DNA from: a virus
IMG/VR virus record: IMGVR_UViG_3300018868_001080
DNA length: 64,000 nt
Strand: one strand, 5' to 3'
The stretch's first letter is position 1. The number at the start of each line of letters is the position of its first letter. The position numbers were made by a program, and so were the translations under genes. Of the stretch, positions 10,027 through 18,916 are shown in pieces. The notes under the pieces were generated by a model, which worked only from the letters and a program-made list of their open reading frames with translations, did no database searches and was not told the DNA's origin.

Positions 10027-10313
10027 ACATCAAAGAACTCAACCCTTCGTTTAAAATGGTTGAGTCTGAAACAATGCACAACTTCTTATCTTTTTGCACC
10101 TTCATATACCTAATAAATGGTAAAAAACTTAACTTGGCAAATATCTTTCTGCTATGCCTAAAGAATGAAAACATTAAGAAACTATACAAAAGAATATTAG
10201 AAGTGGATAATGATTATTATGCCTTTAAAATGTTCTTTGAATTTGATCCTACACTGTACAAGAGTAAATACATAATGAAGTTTTTAAGCAACAGAGAAAA
10301 ATATGAGAAATAA
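10023..10313 (+). CDS. Hypothetical protein
   Basis: 96 aa ORF overlapping both neighbours (ATGA coupling). Confidence 0.7.
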   Translation: MNIKELNPSFKMVESETMHNFLSFCTFIYLINGKKLNLANIFLLCLKNENIKKLYKRILEVDNDYYAFKMFFEFDPTLYKSKYIMKFLSNREKYEK

Positions 10314-10506
10314 CGCCGAAGTAAAATTAGAGTCAAAGAAATCCTCTAGCAAAGAATATTTTGATAAAAAGCTAAATATCTTTTCCAAGTCAGTTAAGAA
10401 AAGTGGTGTGCTAGAAGATTTAAAATGGAAACGATGCTTCTACAAGCCATCAATGCTCAAGAAGTTGAAGAAGAAGAATGCGCACTTGAAGTGGAAATTT
10501 TATTGA
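10303..10506 (+). CDS. rpsU: Phage-encoded ribosomal protein bS21 homologue
   Basis: 67 aa, very basic; F-S-K-S-V-K-K-S-G-V-L-E-D-L-K-W-K-R-C-F-Y-K-P-S matches the bS21 pattern F.K...K.G.L.E...R..Y.KPS. Confidence 0.8.
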   Translation: MRNNAEVKLESKKSSSKEYFDKKLNIFSKSVKKSGVLEDLKWKRCFYKPSMLKKLKKKNAHLKWKFY

Positions 10507-11138
10507 TGTTAAGTGATTTCGAGAAATTCCTTTACAACAAATACTTGAGCTGCACTAAAAAAGCACAAAACAAACCCTATACTCTTCGAAAAGATTTTTC
10601 CAATATTGACAGCTCTACGGCCTTCTATCTGAAGAAGTTGGGCCTTTTTTTCAACAAATTCAAGCAAATCAAAATTGATGATTTTTTTGGAGCCCCTTTT
10701 GGTTTGCACAAGGATGAAAAATACATTGATTTGAAGTTCTACATTTCACCCAAAGCTGTAAACATGTACAACATGTATAAGAAACAAAAAGAAACACAAG
10801 ACCCCGACACTACTGACAATCTAAAACACACAGCATCTGCATTAAAATTTATTAAAAACTATTGCTCTGTCCACAACATACACATCAAAGACTATCTCAA
10901 TTTTACTGAACATACAAATAGCCTGCCAGCATTTGTAGGACATCTGCAATCGCATGATGTTAACTTTTACTCACTGATGGGATTTAATAATTTTATGAAA
11001 CTATTGACACAAAATTTTGAAACCCACAAATTTGTGCTTGGTGATGTGCTTGACAACATGCATGAGATATACAGCAATTTTGTGCGATCTAAAAAATTAA
11101 AAGTTTTAGTAAGAGAAGGCATTAAGAAAATTGCTTGA
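10506..11138 (+). CDS. Probable helicase loader (gp59-like)
   Basis: About 210 aa basic helical protein directly upstream of gp32, the T4 gp59 position; start at TGATG overlap 10506. Confidence 0.5.
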   Translation: MLSDFEKFLYNKYLSCTKKAQNKPYTLRKDFSNIDSSTAFYLKKLGLFFNKFKQIKIDDFFGAPFGLHKDEKYIDLKFYISPKAVNMYNMYKKQKETQDPDTTDNLKHTASALKFIKNYCSVHNIHIKDYLNFTEHTNSLPAFVGHLQSHDVNFYSLMGFNNFMKLLTQNFETHKFVLGDVLDNMHEIYSNFVRSKKLKVLVREGIKKIA

Positions 11139-11170
11139 TATATTATACTCTTCCTATATTATATTTAAAT

Positions 11171-12019
11171 ATGAATGACATCACCAAATCAATGTTTGAG
11201 AGTATTAAAACGGCACTAGTTCGTCAAGACAATGGCAATTCCTCCTATCGCGACATCCTCAGGATGGAAGCAGATAAGACGTACGTAGTACGCTTGCTGC
11301 CCAACATCAAGGATCCTGCCAAGACTTTCTTCCACTTCTATCAACATGCTTTCAATAGCTTTGCAACAGGCAAGTTCATGTCTGTGGTTTCACCTTCATC
11401 CTTTGGAGAAAGAGATCCCATCTCTGAACTCAAGTACAAATTAATACGCACAGGATCTGATGAAGAAAAGAAGAAGGCAGCCACTCTTGCGTGGTCTGAG
11501 CGTTGGCTAGTGAATGCATACATTGTTGATGACCCTACTAATCCTGATAACAACGGCAAGGTTAAGATTCTACAGTTTGGCAAGCAATTGCACAAGATTA
11601 TCATGCGTGCTATTGATGGTGATGACGCAGATGATCTTGGTGTAAAAGTATTCTCACTCAAAGCTGATGGTGTTAATCTCAAGATTACTTGTGAGACCCA
11701 GGGCGGGTTCAAGACGTACACTTCCTCCAAGTTCTCCATGCCAAGGGCCATTGATGGTGTAACTGATAAGAACATTGATGAAATTCTTGGCACCATGCAT
11801 GACTTGGAGAAAATTAACCCAGTCAAATCCTATGATGATCTCAAGAAGATTCTGGATGAGCATTTTCTCTGTGTTGAGTCTGCAGATAATGTGACACAAG
11901 AAGTTGCAGTCAAGCCAATGGAGAGACAATCAATTGTCACAGCTGCTAGCACCTCAAAGCCTTCTGCAGCAGTTGATGATGATGAGGTCAAGAGATTACT
12001 TGACGGATTAGATGAATAA
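11171..12019 (+). CDS. gp32: Single-stranded DNA-binding protein (gp32-like)
   Basis: VRLLP, N.YIVDDPTNPDNNGKVKI.FGKQL, Y.SSKF, KSYDDL, acidic tail. Confidence 0.93.
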   Translation: MNDITKSMFESIKTALVRQDNGNSSYRDILRMEADKTYVVRLLPNIKDPAKTFFHFYQHAFNSFATGKFMSVVSPSSFGERDPISELKYKLIRTGSDEEKKKAATLAWSERWLVNAYIVDDPTNPDNNGKVKILQFGKQLHKIIMRAIDGDDADDLGVKVFSLKADGVNLKITCETQGGFKTYTSSKFSMPRAIDGVTDKNIDEILGTMHDLEKINPVKSYDDLKKILDEHFLCVESADNVTQEVAVKPMERQSIVTAASTSKPSAAVDDDEVKRLLDGLDE

Positions 12020-12440
12020 AACACCTCAAGAAGAGTATCTTGAAAAAGTAGAACTGATCAAGTTCTTTGGAGCCGTAAAAGGTTCCTTGAATGAGATCAA
12101 CACCAAGGTTGTGGAAGGTAGCAATCTGCGGTCCGATCTGGATATTAAAAAGCTGGCCCTGGACCACGACAAAGCCATGGGCACACCACAAGCTGCAGAA
12201 CCACAATCTCAATTGCAGCTTGTGCACGGAGACTCTAGCAATAATTTTGTGCAGGCACCTATTGCTATTGAAACTATTTCACATGATGATCCCAACCAAT
12301 TAACATTGCCATTTGACAAGAAATACAGTCTGAATGACATTTTTGCAAAAATTGATGACATGTACAGAAAAGTTATTCTTCTGGAGAATCAAGTTTATAA
12401 ATTGCAGCAACTAGTTGAGAATAAAAAAAAAGAACTATAA
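12012..12440 (+). CDS. Hypothetical protein with QLTLPF motif and C-terminal coiled coil
   Basis: 142 aa ORF between gp32 and gp45. Confidence 0.7.
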   Translation: MNKTPQEEYLEKVELIKFFGAVKGSLNEINTKVVEGSNLRSDLDIKKLALDHDKAMGTPQAAEPQSQLQLVHGDSSNNFVQAPIAIETISHDDPNQLTLPFDKKYSLNDIFAKIDDMYRKVILLENQVYKLQQLVENKKKEL

Positions 12441-12449
12441 TATATCAAA

Positions 12450-13190
12450 ATGGTTCTCAAGATTTACAACCTAAAAGCCTTTAACAACGGGTTTTTGTAT
12501 AACATATCCAAACTAACCGATAGCTGCATCTTACGATTTGAAAAGAATGAAGTGTCTTGCATTGCAAGTAACAATGACAACACTGTAGTTTATTACAGTT
12601 CTTCCAATCAGGATACACCCTTTATAAATGACAACCTAGTCACACTCAACATACCAGACGTTAAGAAGTTGATAAAAATATTCTCTTGCATTGAGGATAA
12701 TAATATTCAATTGGCTGTTGAAAACAATAACATATCCTTTGCAAACAACTCTTTCAAATTCAAGTACCATCTGCTAGAAGATGGTATCATTGTCATACCA
12801 AAGATAAACATTTCAAAGATATTTGCCCTACAGTTCAACACCACTTTCAAAATTAAAAAGAATGAGCTTCAAAATATTCTCAAGGCAAGCACCATTGCAT
12901 TGGATGTTACAAAGCTATATCTATACAGTGATGACACAGGCATCTTTTGTGATTTTACTGACAACAACAGACACAACATTGATAGTATTGCTCTGAAGAT
13001 AACGGATACTTTTGAAGGTGAAAAGATCAAGCAACCTGTGCCTATTAACTTTGAGATTGTGAGATTGATATCATCTTCAAAATCTAACGCGCTAAACATC
13101 AATTACAACAACAGCCTCGGGGTGTTTCTCTTTGATCTTGAGGAACAAGGGCACACCTGTAAATATGTTGTGTCAGCGCTTGTAAACTGA
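12450..13190 (+). CDS. gp45: DNA sliding clamp (gp45/PCNA-like)
   Basis: 246 aa two-domain alternating alpha/beta pattern, I.D..KL..I, KYHL, C-terminal KYVVSAL; replication context. Confidence 0.75.
   Translation: MVLKIYNLKAFNNGFLYNISKLTDSCILRFEKNEVSCIASNNDNTVVYYSSSNQDTPFINDNLVTLNIPDVKKLIKIFSCIEDNNIQLAVENNNISFANNSFKFKYHLLEDGIIVIPKINISKIFALQFNTTFKIKKNELQNILKASTIALDVTKLYLYSDDTGIFCDFTDNNRHNIDSIALKITDTFEGEKIKQPVPINFEIVRLISSSKSNALNINYNNSLGVFLFDLEEQGHTCKYVVSALVN
13125..13190 (+). repeat. Direct repeat A, copy 1 (3' end of clamp gene)
   Basis: 66 nt, 51/66 identical to 13858-13923. Confidence 0.85.
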
Positions 13191-13198
13191 GCAAATAT

Positions 13199-13822
13199 AT
13201 GTACAATACAGAATCATGGAAGGGAACTTTTATTAATGATTTAATAAGAGACTTGCAGTGTGGATCTTATCTAGAGTTGGGGATAGCGGCTGCCGATACA
13301 TGGAATGCTGTTACTTGTCAAAATAAAGTCGGTATTGATAGTAACCCCAACATACGAGTGCCTGGTGTTATTTGTAATACAACAGATGAATACTTCAAAT
13401 CCCTGGATCCTACTGTTAAATTTGATCTCATTTACATTGACGCATATCATGAAAAAAATCAAGTCAAAAGAGATTTTTGCAACAGCTGGAACCACTTGAA
13501 TCCAGGCGGCACAATTGTAATGCATGATATTAACCCACTATCTTCTGAAGCTACAAGTGCATTTGCCAATCATAATTGTTTTGCATTTTGGATTGGTTTG
13601 GTTAATGCCTACCAATCAAGATTGGCAGTTTTCAGTGGTGGCACTATTTGTGGAAAATACGACAGCGTCGGGTTATACTACAAGAATGATGAAGCAATCG
13701 ATTCAAATAATTTAAATGTGGATCATAGTTATGAGTATTTCGATAACAACAGGGAAACCTTGATTAAAAAGCTAGAGCTATCATACAATGATATTATTGC
13801 AAAATATTCACAATTTAAATGA
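13199..13822 (+). CDS. Class I SAM-dependent methyltransferase (Methyltransf_24-like)
   Basis: YLELG, FDLIYIDAYH, LNPGGTIVMHD. Confidence 0.85.
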   Translation: MYNTESWKGTFINDLIRDLQCGSYLELGIAAADTWNAVTCQNKVGIDSNPNIRVPGVICNTTDEYFKSLDPTVKFDLIYIDAYHEKNQVKRDFCNSWNHLNPGGTIVMHDINPLSSEATSAFANHNCFAFWIGLVNAYQSRLAVFSGGTICGKYDSVGLYYKNDEAIDSNNLNVDHSYEYFDNNRETLIKKLELSYNDIIAKYSQFK

Positions 13823-13923
13823 CAACAAACACATCAACTTGTAGCAATTTGAATATATTTCTTTTTGATCTTGAAGAATCTACACACACTGGTAAATATG
13901 TTGTATCAGCGTTTGCAAATTAA
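13819..13923 (+). pseudogene. 34-aa scar mini-ORF containing direct repeat A copy 2 (duplicated clamp C-terminus)
   Basis: MTTNTSTCSNLNIFLFDLEESTHTGKYVVSAFAN* versus clamp end VFLFDLEEQGHTCKYVVSALVN*. Confidence 0.7.
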
Positions 13924-13927
13924 AATT

Positions 13928-14296
13928 ATGAAATTAGTTAAAAATAAAATTCGCACTGCAGGTTACTTTATCAAGAGATTGAGAGATAATGGGTTTATCG
14001 TACTTAAGATGTTCTTTAGATATGGTAAACACGATGCACGTCGCTGGACTGTGTTAGTTGATCCAAGTGGCGCATCAGTGTTCATTACTTGTTATGAGAA
14101 CAAGGACTTTATGAATGAAATTATGTTTGAGTTTAATGATGGTGGCGTAAAGTTTCCTAAGAACTTTAGTATTAAAACCGATTCATTGGAAGTTATCATA
14201 CATCACTTGATTACAAGTGGTGTATGCAATGAATACCCCACAAGTTTATATCACAAGAAACCAATAAATATTGTTGATGAAGAAGAGGAAAGATAA
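13928..14296 (+). CDS. Hypothetical protein
   Basis: MKLVKNKIRTAGYFIKRLRDNGF...; start moved to ATG 13928, just after the scar ORF. Confidence 0.75.
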   Translation: MKLVKNKIRTAGYFIKRLRDNGFIVLKMFFRYGKHDARRWTVLVDPSGASVFITCYENKDFMNEIMFEFNDGGVKFPKNFSIKTDSLEVIIHHLITSGVCNEYPTSLYHKKPINIVDEEEER

Positions 14297-14627
14297 TCCT
14301 GATTCAGGTGATGATGAGAGTATGAAGAAGAAAGAGGACAAGCTAAAGCAATCGCAAGAATTAGATAAAATTCTCAAGGCTGCACTTAATAATTATTTGA
14401 TGTCCCAAGTGTCAGAAGTAAAAAGCCGAACCCGGGATATTGATGCTCTTAAAGCTACTATAGAAGAATTTTTAAACAGCTACATATTGCTGGGGTATTC
14501 ACCTGTGGGTGAACCAGTGCATGTTGTGTCCGCGCACAATCAACAAGAGGCTGATTCACTATCTGCTTTGTTAAATAAGTTTCTTTTGAATCAGAATGAA
14601 AGACCGGATCAAGGTTTTCCTTTCTAA
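14277..14627 (+). CDS. Hypothetical protein
   Basis: ATG 6 nt after TAAATA (14265-14270). Confidence 0.7.
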   Translation: MKKRKDNPDSGDDESMKKKEDKLKQSQELDKILKAALNNYLMSQVSEVKSRTRDIDALKATIEEFLNSYILLGYSPVGEPVHVVSAHNQQEADSLSALLNKFLLNQNERPDQGFPF

Positions 14628-14632
14628 CCAAA

Positions 14633-15490
14633 ATGATTATCATCTTAGGCGGCGGATTTATAGGCGCGCAACTCCACAGCTTTTTAAACTGCAAATATTT
14701 CAACGTAAAGCTTGTAACCAGATCAGATATTGATTACTCTAACGAGAAGATTTTAACTGATTTTTTGTTAGCTAATAAACCACGATTTATAATTAATTGT
14801 TCAGGGTACACTGGTTACCCGAATGTGGATAGCTGTGAAACAGACCGCGAAACTTGCTTGAGATATAATGTGCAAGTACCGCTCAATGTTTGCAATGTGT
14901 GTGCAAAACTTGGCATCAAGGTCATACATGTTTCATCTGGTTGCATATACAATGGATATGAAAAAGATTACACAGAAGAGGATGTGCCTGACTTTGGAAT
15001 TTTTAATAATGAGTCTAGCTTTTATTCAAAAACAAAGCACATGTTTGAAGTGGCATGTGCACCCTTCTTGCACAACACAGCCATACTGCGCGTCCGCATG
15101 CCCTTCACAAACACTACAGATCACAAAAACTACCTGCATAAATTGTACAAATACAGCAATCTCATCAACTTGAAGAATAGCGTCACGTATTTGGAGGATT
15201 TGAACCGCTTCATTTTCACTCTTTGTCAGGCCAACAATTTTAAAGGCGGTGCATACAATGTAGTTAGTTCAGAGCCAGTGCTTGCAGCTGATGTTGTTTC
15301 AATCTTCAAGAGCAATGGCATGGACAACACAGCATGGCGTTTCGTGGATTTGAGTGAACTTGATATCAAAGCTAACCGATCAAATTGTGTGCTTTCAAAT
15401 AAAAAGATCATTGAACTGGGATTTGCTTTTCCAAACGCACATGCTGCCATGGATAAGTGCATAAAAGATATGAAGCAGTTGCTTGTATGA
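14633..15490 (+). CDS. rmlD: NDP-sugar reductase/epimerase (RmlD/UER1-like, rhamnose pathway)
   Basis: Rossmann GGGFIG, NCSGYTGYPNVDSCE, SSGCIY, catalytic YSKTK, RSNCVL. Confidence 0.8.
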   Translation: MIIILGGGFIGAQLHSFLNCKYFNVKLVTRSDIDYSNEKILTDFLLANKPRFIINCSGYTGYPNVDSCETDRETCLRYNVQVPLNVCNVCAKLGIKVIHVSSGCIYNGYEKDYTEEDVPDFGIFNNESSFYSKTKHMFEVACAPFLHNTAILRVRMPFTNTTDHKNYLHKLYKYSNLINLKNSVTYLEDLNRFIFTLCQANNFKGGAYNVVSSEPVLAADVVSIFKSNGMDNTAWRFVDLSELDIKANRSNCVLSNKKIIELGFAFPNAHAAMDKCIKDMKQLLV

Positions 15491-15771
15491 ATATTTTAAA
15501 ATATTTCAAAAAGCTTGTAAAGCAATACACCCCAGGCACCATATTTGCATACAAAAAGGGTTTATATACTGGCAAGATGATTGTATTGATCAGCAACAAT
15601 GATGATCACAAGGCATTTCTTTTGCTGCCAAACATGCTACCGTATACTGTTAATCATAAGGATTTTAGCTATTTACTTGCCACAGATGAACTTGAATACG
15701 TGGAAGAATTGCCAACCCATGTTTATGATATAATCAAAGCTCAGTATTTAAAAAACATCCATGCGGTGTAA
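15487..15771 (+). CDS. Hypothetical protein
   Basis: ATGA overlap with rmlD stop. Confidence 0.65.
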   Translation: MNILKYFKKLVKQYTPGTIFAYKKGLYTGKMIVLISNNDDHKAFLLLPNMLPYTVNHKDFSYLLATDELEYVEELPTHVYDIIKAQYLKNIHAV

Positions 15772-15779
15772 ATAATGAC

Positions 15780-15980
15780 ATGAGTAATAATAACCCCGGT
15801 AATTTTGTCAGAGCTACTGGCATAGTTTCGCCCATAAGTGGGCAATTGTCCAAGCCCAAAATTGTGGAACGCATTGTGGATGGCAAGCTTCATGTGGAAG
15901 CACATTGGTATGATCCCGCTAGCGGCTCTTTTATCCGCAAAGGCACAGTTGAAGTGAGAGACTTGCCTCAAAACAAATAA
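15780..15980 (+). CDS. Small hypothetical protein
   Basis: 66 aa; TAAATA 5 nt upstream. Confidence 0.7.
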   Translation: MSNNNPGNFVRATGIVSPISGQLSKPKIVERIVDGKLHVEAHWYDPASGSFIRKGTVEVRDLPQNK

Positions 15981-16016
15981 TATTGTTTTCTCTTAAACTT
16001 CATACATAATACATGT

Positions 16017-17060
16017 GTGATACTATTACCTGAGGAGTTCATTGTAACTAAATTCTTACAACATGCAGGTTACGCAAAGTATAAGCGGTTAGCTAATGTG
16101 TATGAAGGTGGCTGTCCCATGTGCAGGGAGGGCAAGAGCTGGGGAAGCAAGCGTAGGTTATTTTACCTACCAAAAAAGAAAGTTATATGCTGTCACAATT
16201 GTGGTTGGTACAGCACACCTTTAACTTGGATAAAGAAAGTTAGTGGTGCAGATGATATTGAGATTATAAGAGAAATAAAGGGATTCAGCTATAACATTGT
16301 GCAGGATTTATCCAAACAGAGTGAGGAACCAAAAAAAGAGATTATCAGAAGCACCTTGCCAGACAACTGCATAAATTTAAATGACCCCTCGCAAACAAAT
16401 TTCTATAAGAATGAAAAGGTTGTGCAGCTTGCATTAGCTTATGTCAAAGAAAGAAGACTCAATACTTGCATTAACGCACCACCAACGTTCTATGTGTCAT
16501 TGACAGATGTTGTGCACAAGAACAGACTTGTCATACCTTTCTTCTATAATAAAGAAATTATCTTCTATCAAACACGCACCCTGCTACAAGCAGACAACAA
16601 GACCAAACCCAAGTACCTCTCCAAGATTTCTGGTGAGAAGTCTTTGTTCAACATTGATAATGTGAAGGATGACTTGGATTGCATCTTTATTTTTGAGGGT
16701 CCCATTGATTCGTGTTTTGTCAAGAATGGGGTGAGCGTTACTGGCATTCAGGAACGAAGCAAGCAAACGTTCAATGAGCTACAAAAGAAGCAACTGGATC
16801 AATACAAGTTCCACAAGCGTATTTTTGTGCTTGATTCACAATGGCAAGATGAAGCAAGCATGAGAAAGACCAGAATTTTATTACAACAAAACGAATGTGT
16901 GTTCATATGGCCAGAGAAGCTGGGCAAAAAATTTAAAGATTTTAATGACATATGCATGCACACACAACGAGATTTCATCAAGCCAGAGATTGTGCTGAAC
17001 CATGCTTTTGATGGCGTGAAGGGGTTAGTACAATTAAGCAGAATTAAGCGTTATCGTTAG
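16017..17060 (+). CDS. gp61: DNA primase (gp61-like)
   Basis: Zn finger CPMC...CHNC; TOPRIM FEGPIDS, LD...D, KDFND. Confidence 0.93.
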   Translation: MILLPEEFIVTKFLQHAGYAKYKRLANVYEGGCPMCREGKSWGSKRRLFYLPKKKVICCHNCGWYSTPLTWIKKVSGADDIEIIREIKGFSYNIVQDLSKQSEEPKKEIIRSTLPDNCINLNDPSQTNFYKNEKVVQLALAYVKERRLNTCINAPPTFYVSLTDVVHKNRLVIPFFYNKEIIFYQTRTLLQADNKTKPKYLSKISGEKSLFNIDNVKDDLDCIFIFEGPIDSCFVKNGVSVTGIQERSKQTFNELQKKQLDQYKFHKRIFVLDSQWQDEASMRKTRILLQQNECVFIWPEKLGKKFKDFNDICMHTQRDFIKPEIVLNHAFDGVKGLVQLSRIKRYR

Positions 17061-17460
17061 AACCTGCAATCAAGTAACCCTTGAGTGACTCTGCAAGAGA
17101 ACTCAGATCCACTGCAACACGTGCAATCTTCTTTGTCTCACTGCGCGCAATTTTTTCAAACATGGAATCACAACCTGACTTGTGCAGTTTTGTTTGAATG
17201 GACTCATCATTCACACCATTGAGATAGTTAATGAATTCATCTATTCTGCCAATCCATGACTCCAGCTCTCCCAATTGGTGTGCTTGTGATTCTTGTTTGG
17301 CCTGTGACACTTGATCGCTGCCTGGTGTGGCACCAAATTGCTTAACGTCTGTTGTTTGCAGCTGTTGATTTGCAGCTTCTTGATCGGCTGTGGGTTGCAC
17401 TGCAGCTTCATCGGCTTCAAACAAGGAAATAAATCTATCGGAAAAACTTTTCATAGTCAT
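17044..17460 (-). CDS. Hypothetical protein, candidate head protein
   Basis: N-terminus MTMKSFSDRFISLFEA; TATAAATA upstream. Confidence 0.7.
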   Translation of the reverse strand: MTMKSFSDRFISLFEADEAAVQPTADQEAANQQLQTTDVKQFGATPGSDQVSQAKQESQAHQLGELESWIGRIDEFINYLNGVNDESIQTKLHKSGCDSMFEKIARSETKKIARVAVDLSSLAESLKGYLIAGSNDNA

Positions 17461-17479
17461 AATTACATTAAATATTTAT

Positions 17480-17848
17480 ATGATCTCGTTCAAAAAAATG
17501 TGTGAAGATGCACAAATGTATTCGGGTGACCGATATGTTGCAGGCATAGCTTCACGTGAGCTCAAGTCAAACCCCATTAGCATAGCAGATTTGTATGGTA
17601 ATCAAGATCAATACCCAAATAAGCAGAATATTGCACGTGTTACTCCTTCAGAATTAACAAACATATTAGATTTACTTGGCCAATTGTATTTGATCTGCGA
17701 GAATCTATTCACCAAATACAACTTGGCATTGGGCAACCCCACAATCAAGAACAAATTGCTTCTGAAGTTGGCGCTGTTGATTGTCAGAAAAATGTATGCT
17801 GCAACTAAGAAATTAGCAAACATTACGAGAAAAGTAGTTGATAGTTAA
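17480..17848 (+). CDS. Hypothetical protein
   Basis: MISFKKMCED...; ATG 5 nt after TAAATA; start moved from 17390. Confidence 0.65.
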   Translation: MISFKKMCEDAQMYSGDRYVAGIASRELKSNPISIADLYGNQDQYPNKQNIARVTPSELTNILDLLGQLYLICENLFTKYNLALGNPTIKNKLLLKLALLIVRKMYAATKKLANITRKVVDS

Positions 17849-17872
17849 TGTATTTCCGTTACCATATGTCTT

Positions 17873-18265
17873 GTGATTAGTATTATCAAGAGCATCATGA
17901 CAACGCTTGTTGTCAGCACAGCCATCACAATCTTGCTGCTTCCCATACAGCCACATTATGTCACCGGTTTCCTACTAACAACCATCATACAGTTTATTGT
18001 TTTTTATGTAGTAGGCAGTGTCATGGAGTTTATTGGTGAATTGAAATTGAAAGAGATAAATGCTTTCAAGTTGCAAGAACTTTCAAGACAGAGCATGGAG
18101 GTGGTGTGTCCCTGTTTCAAGAAGATCAAAGAAATCATACCCATTGATTTGAACTCTAAGAATTCTTACAGGTGCAATGATTGTGGCAAGACCAACAGCA
18201 TTGTTATTACTGCAGAAACTGCACATACTACAGAGCCAATTAGTGGTTTTGAGCCACCTGTATGA
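17873..18265 (+). CDS. Membrane protein with two hydrophobic segments and a Cys-rich (Zn-ribbon-like) C-terminus
   Basis: Hydrophobic about aa 5-25 and 30-52; CPC...CNDC. Confidence 0.7.
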   Translation: MISIIKSIMTTLVVSTAITILLLPIQPHYVTGFLLTTIIQFIVFYVVGSVMEFIGELKLKEINAFKLQELSRQSMEVVCPCFKKIKEIIPIDLNSKNSYRCNDCGKTNSIVITAETAHTTEPISGFEPPV

Positions 18266-18618
18266 TTGAATTTAAAGAAGTGCCACCCACATCAATTCAT
18301 GCAACTCTGCCTGTTGCTGCAGATTATAGCCAATTCAAACCACTAGCTGAAGCATTATTTTCTAAGAAAGATATAAACAGCGGCGCCATTCTTACATATC
18401 CTATAACAACTGTGGGTGATTTCATGGATGTCTTTTTTTTACTTTTAAAAGAAATTACTATTCAGAATGCTGACTTGAATAACGAATTATATCAAGCACA
18501 AACCATCCTTAAATCCATCTACAAAGAAAATAATAACTTAGAAAAGCTGTTGACTATGTTGCTGGGTACCATTATAAAAAGATATGAATACAAAACAAAC
18601 AATACAAGTACAAACTAA
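18262..18618 (+). CDS. Hypothetical protein
   Basis: ATGA-coupled ORF, 118 aa. Confidence 0.65.
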   Translation: MIEFKEVPPTSIHATLPVAADYSQFKPLAEALFSKKDINSGAILTYPITTVGDFMDVFFLLLKEITIQNADLNNELYQAQTILKSIYKENNNLEKLLTMLLGTIIKRYEYKTNNTSTN

Positions 18619-18916
18619 AACGACAACTGAAGAGCTCACGCTGGAGTGTGCTGCACGGTGGCTTTCTCTCATGGAAGCTATTTATATAGTAGGAAAAAAA
18701 GCCGATAATCTAGGAATCAATATTGACAAAAATATGTCCTGGATCAAGCCCATCAGCTTTCAAAAATATATGGATGAGAGACTGCCCTCCATGGTCAACG
18801 AGATAGAATTAGATTTGGGTATTTTCAAGGGCGGGTTAGAGCGCTGCAACACAAGCAAAGCAAAGATTGCAAGCCAAGAAGCAGATGAAGTGGACAGCGT
18901 TACAACTTACTCGTAA
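18584..18916 (+). CDS. Hypothetical protein
   Basis: 110 aa ORF. Confidence 0.7.
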   Translation: MNTKQTIQVQTKTTTEELTLECAARWLSLMEAIYIVGKKADNLGINIDKNMSWIKPISFQKYMDERLPSMVNEIELDLGIFKGGLERCNTSKAKIASQEADEVDSVTTYS

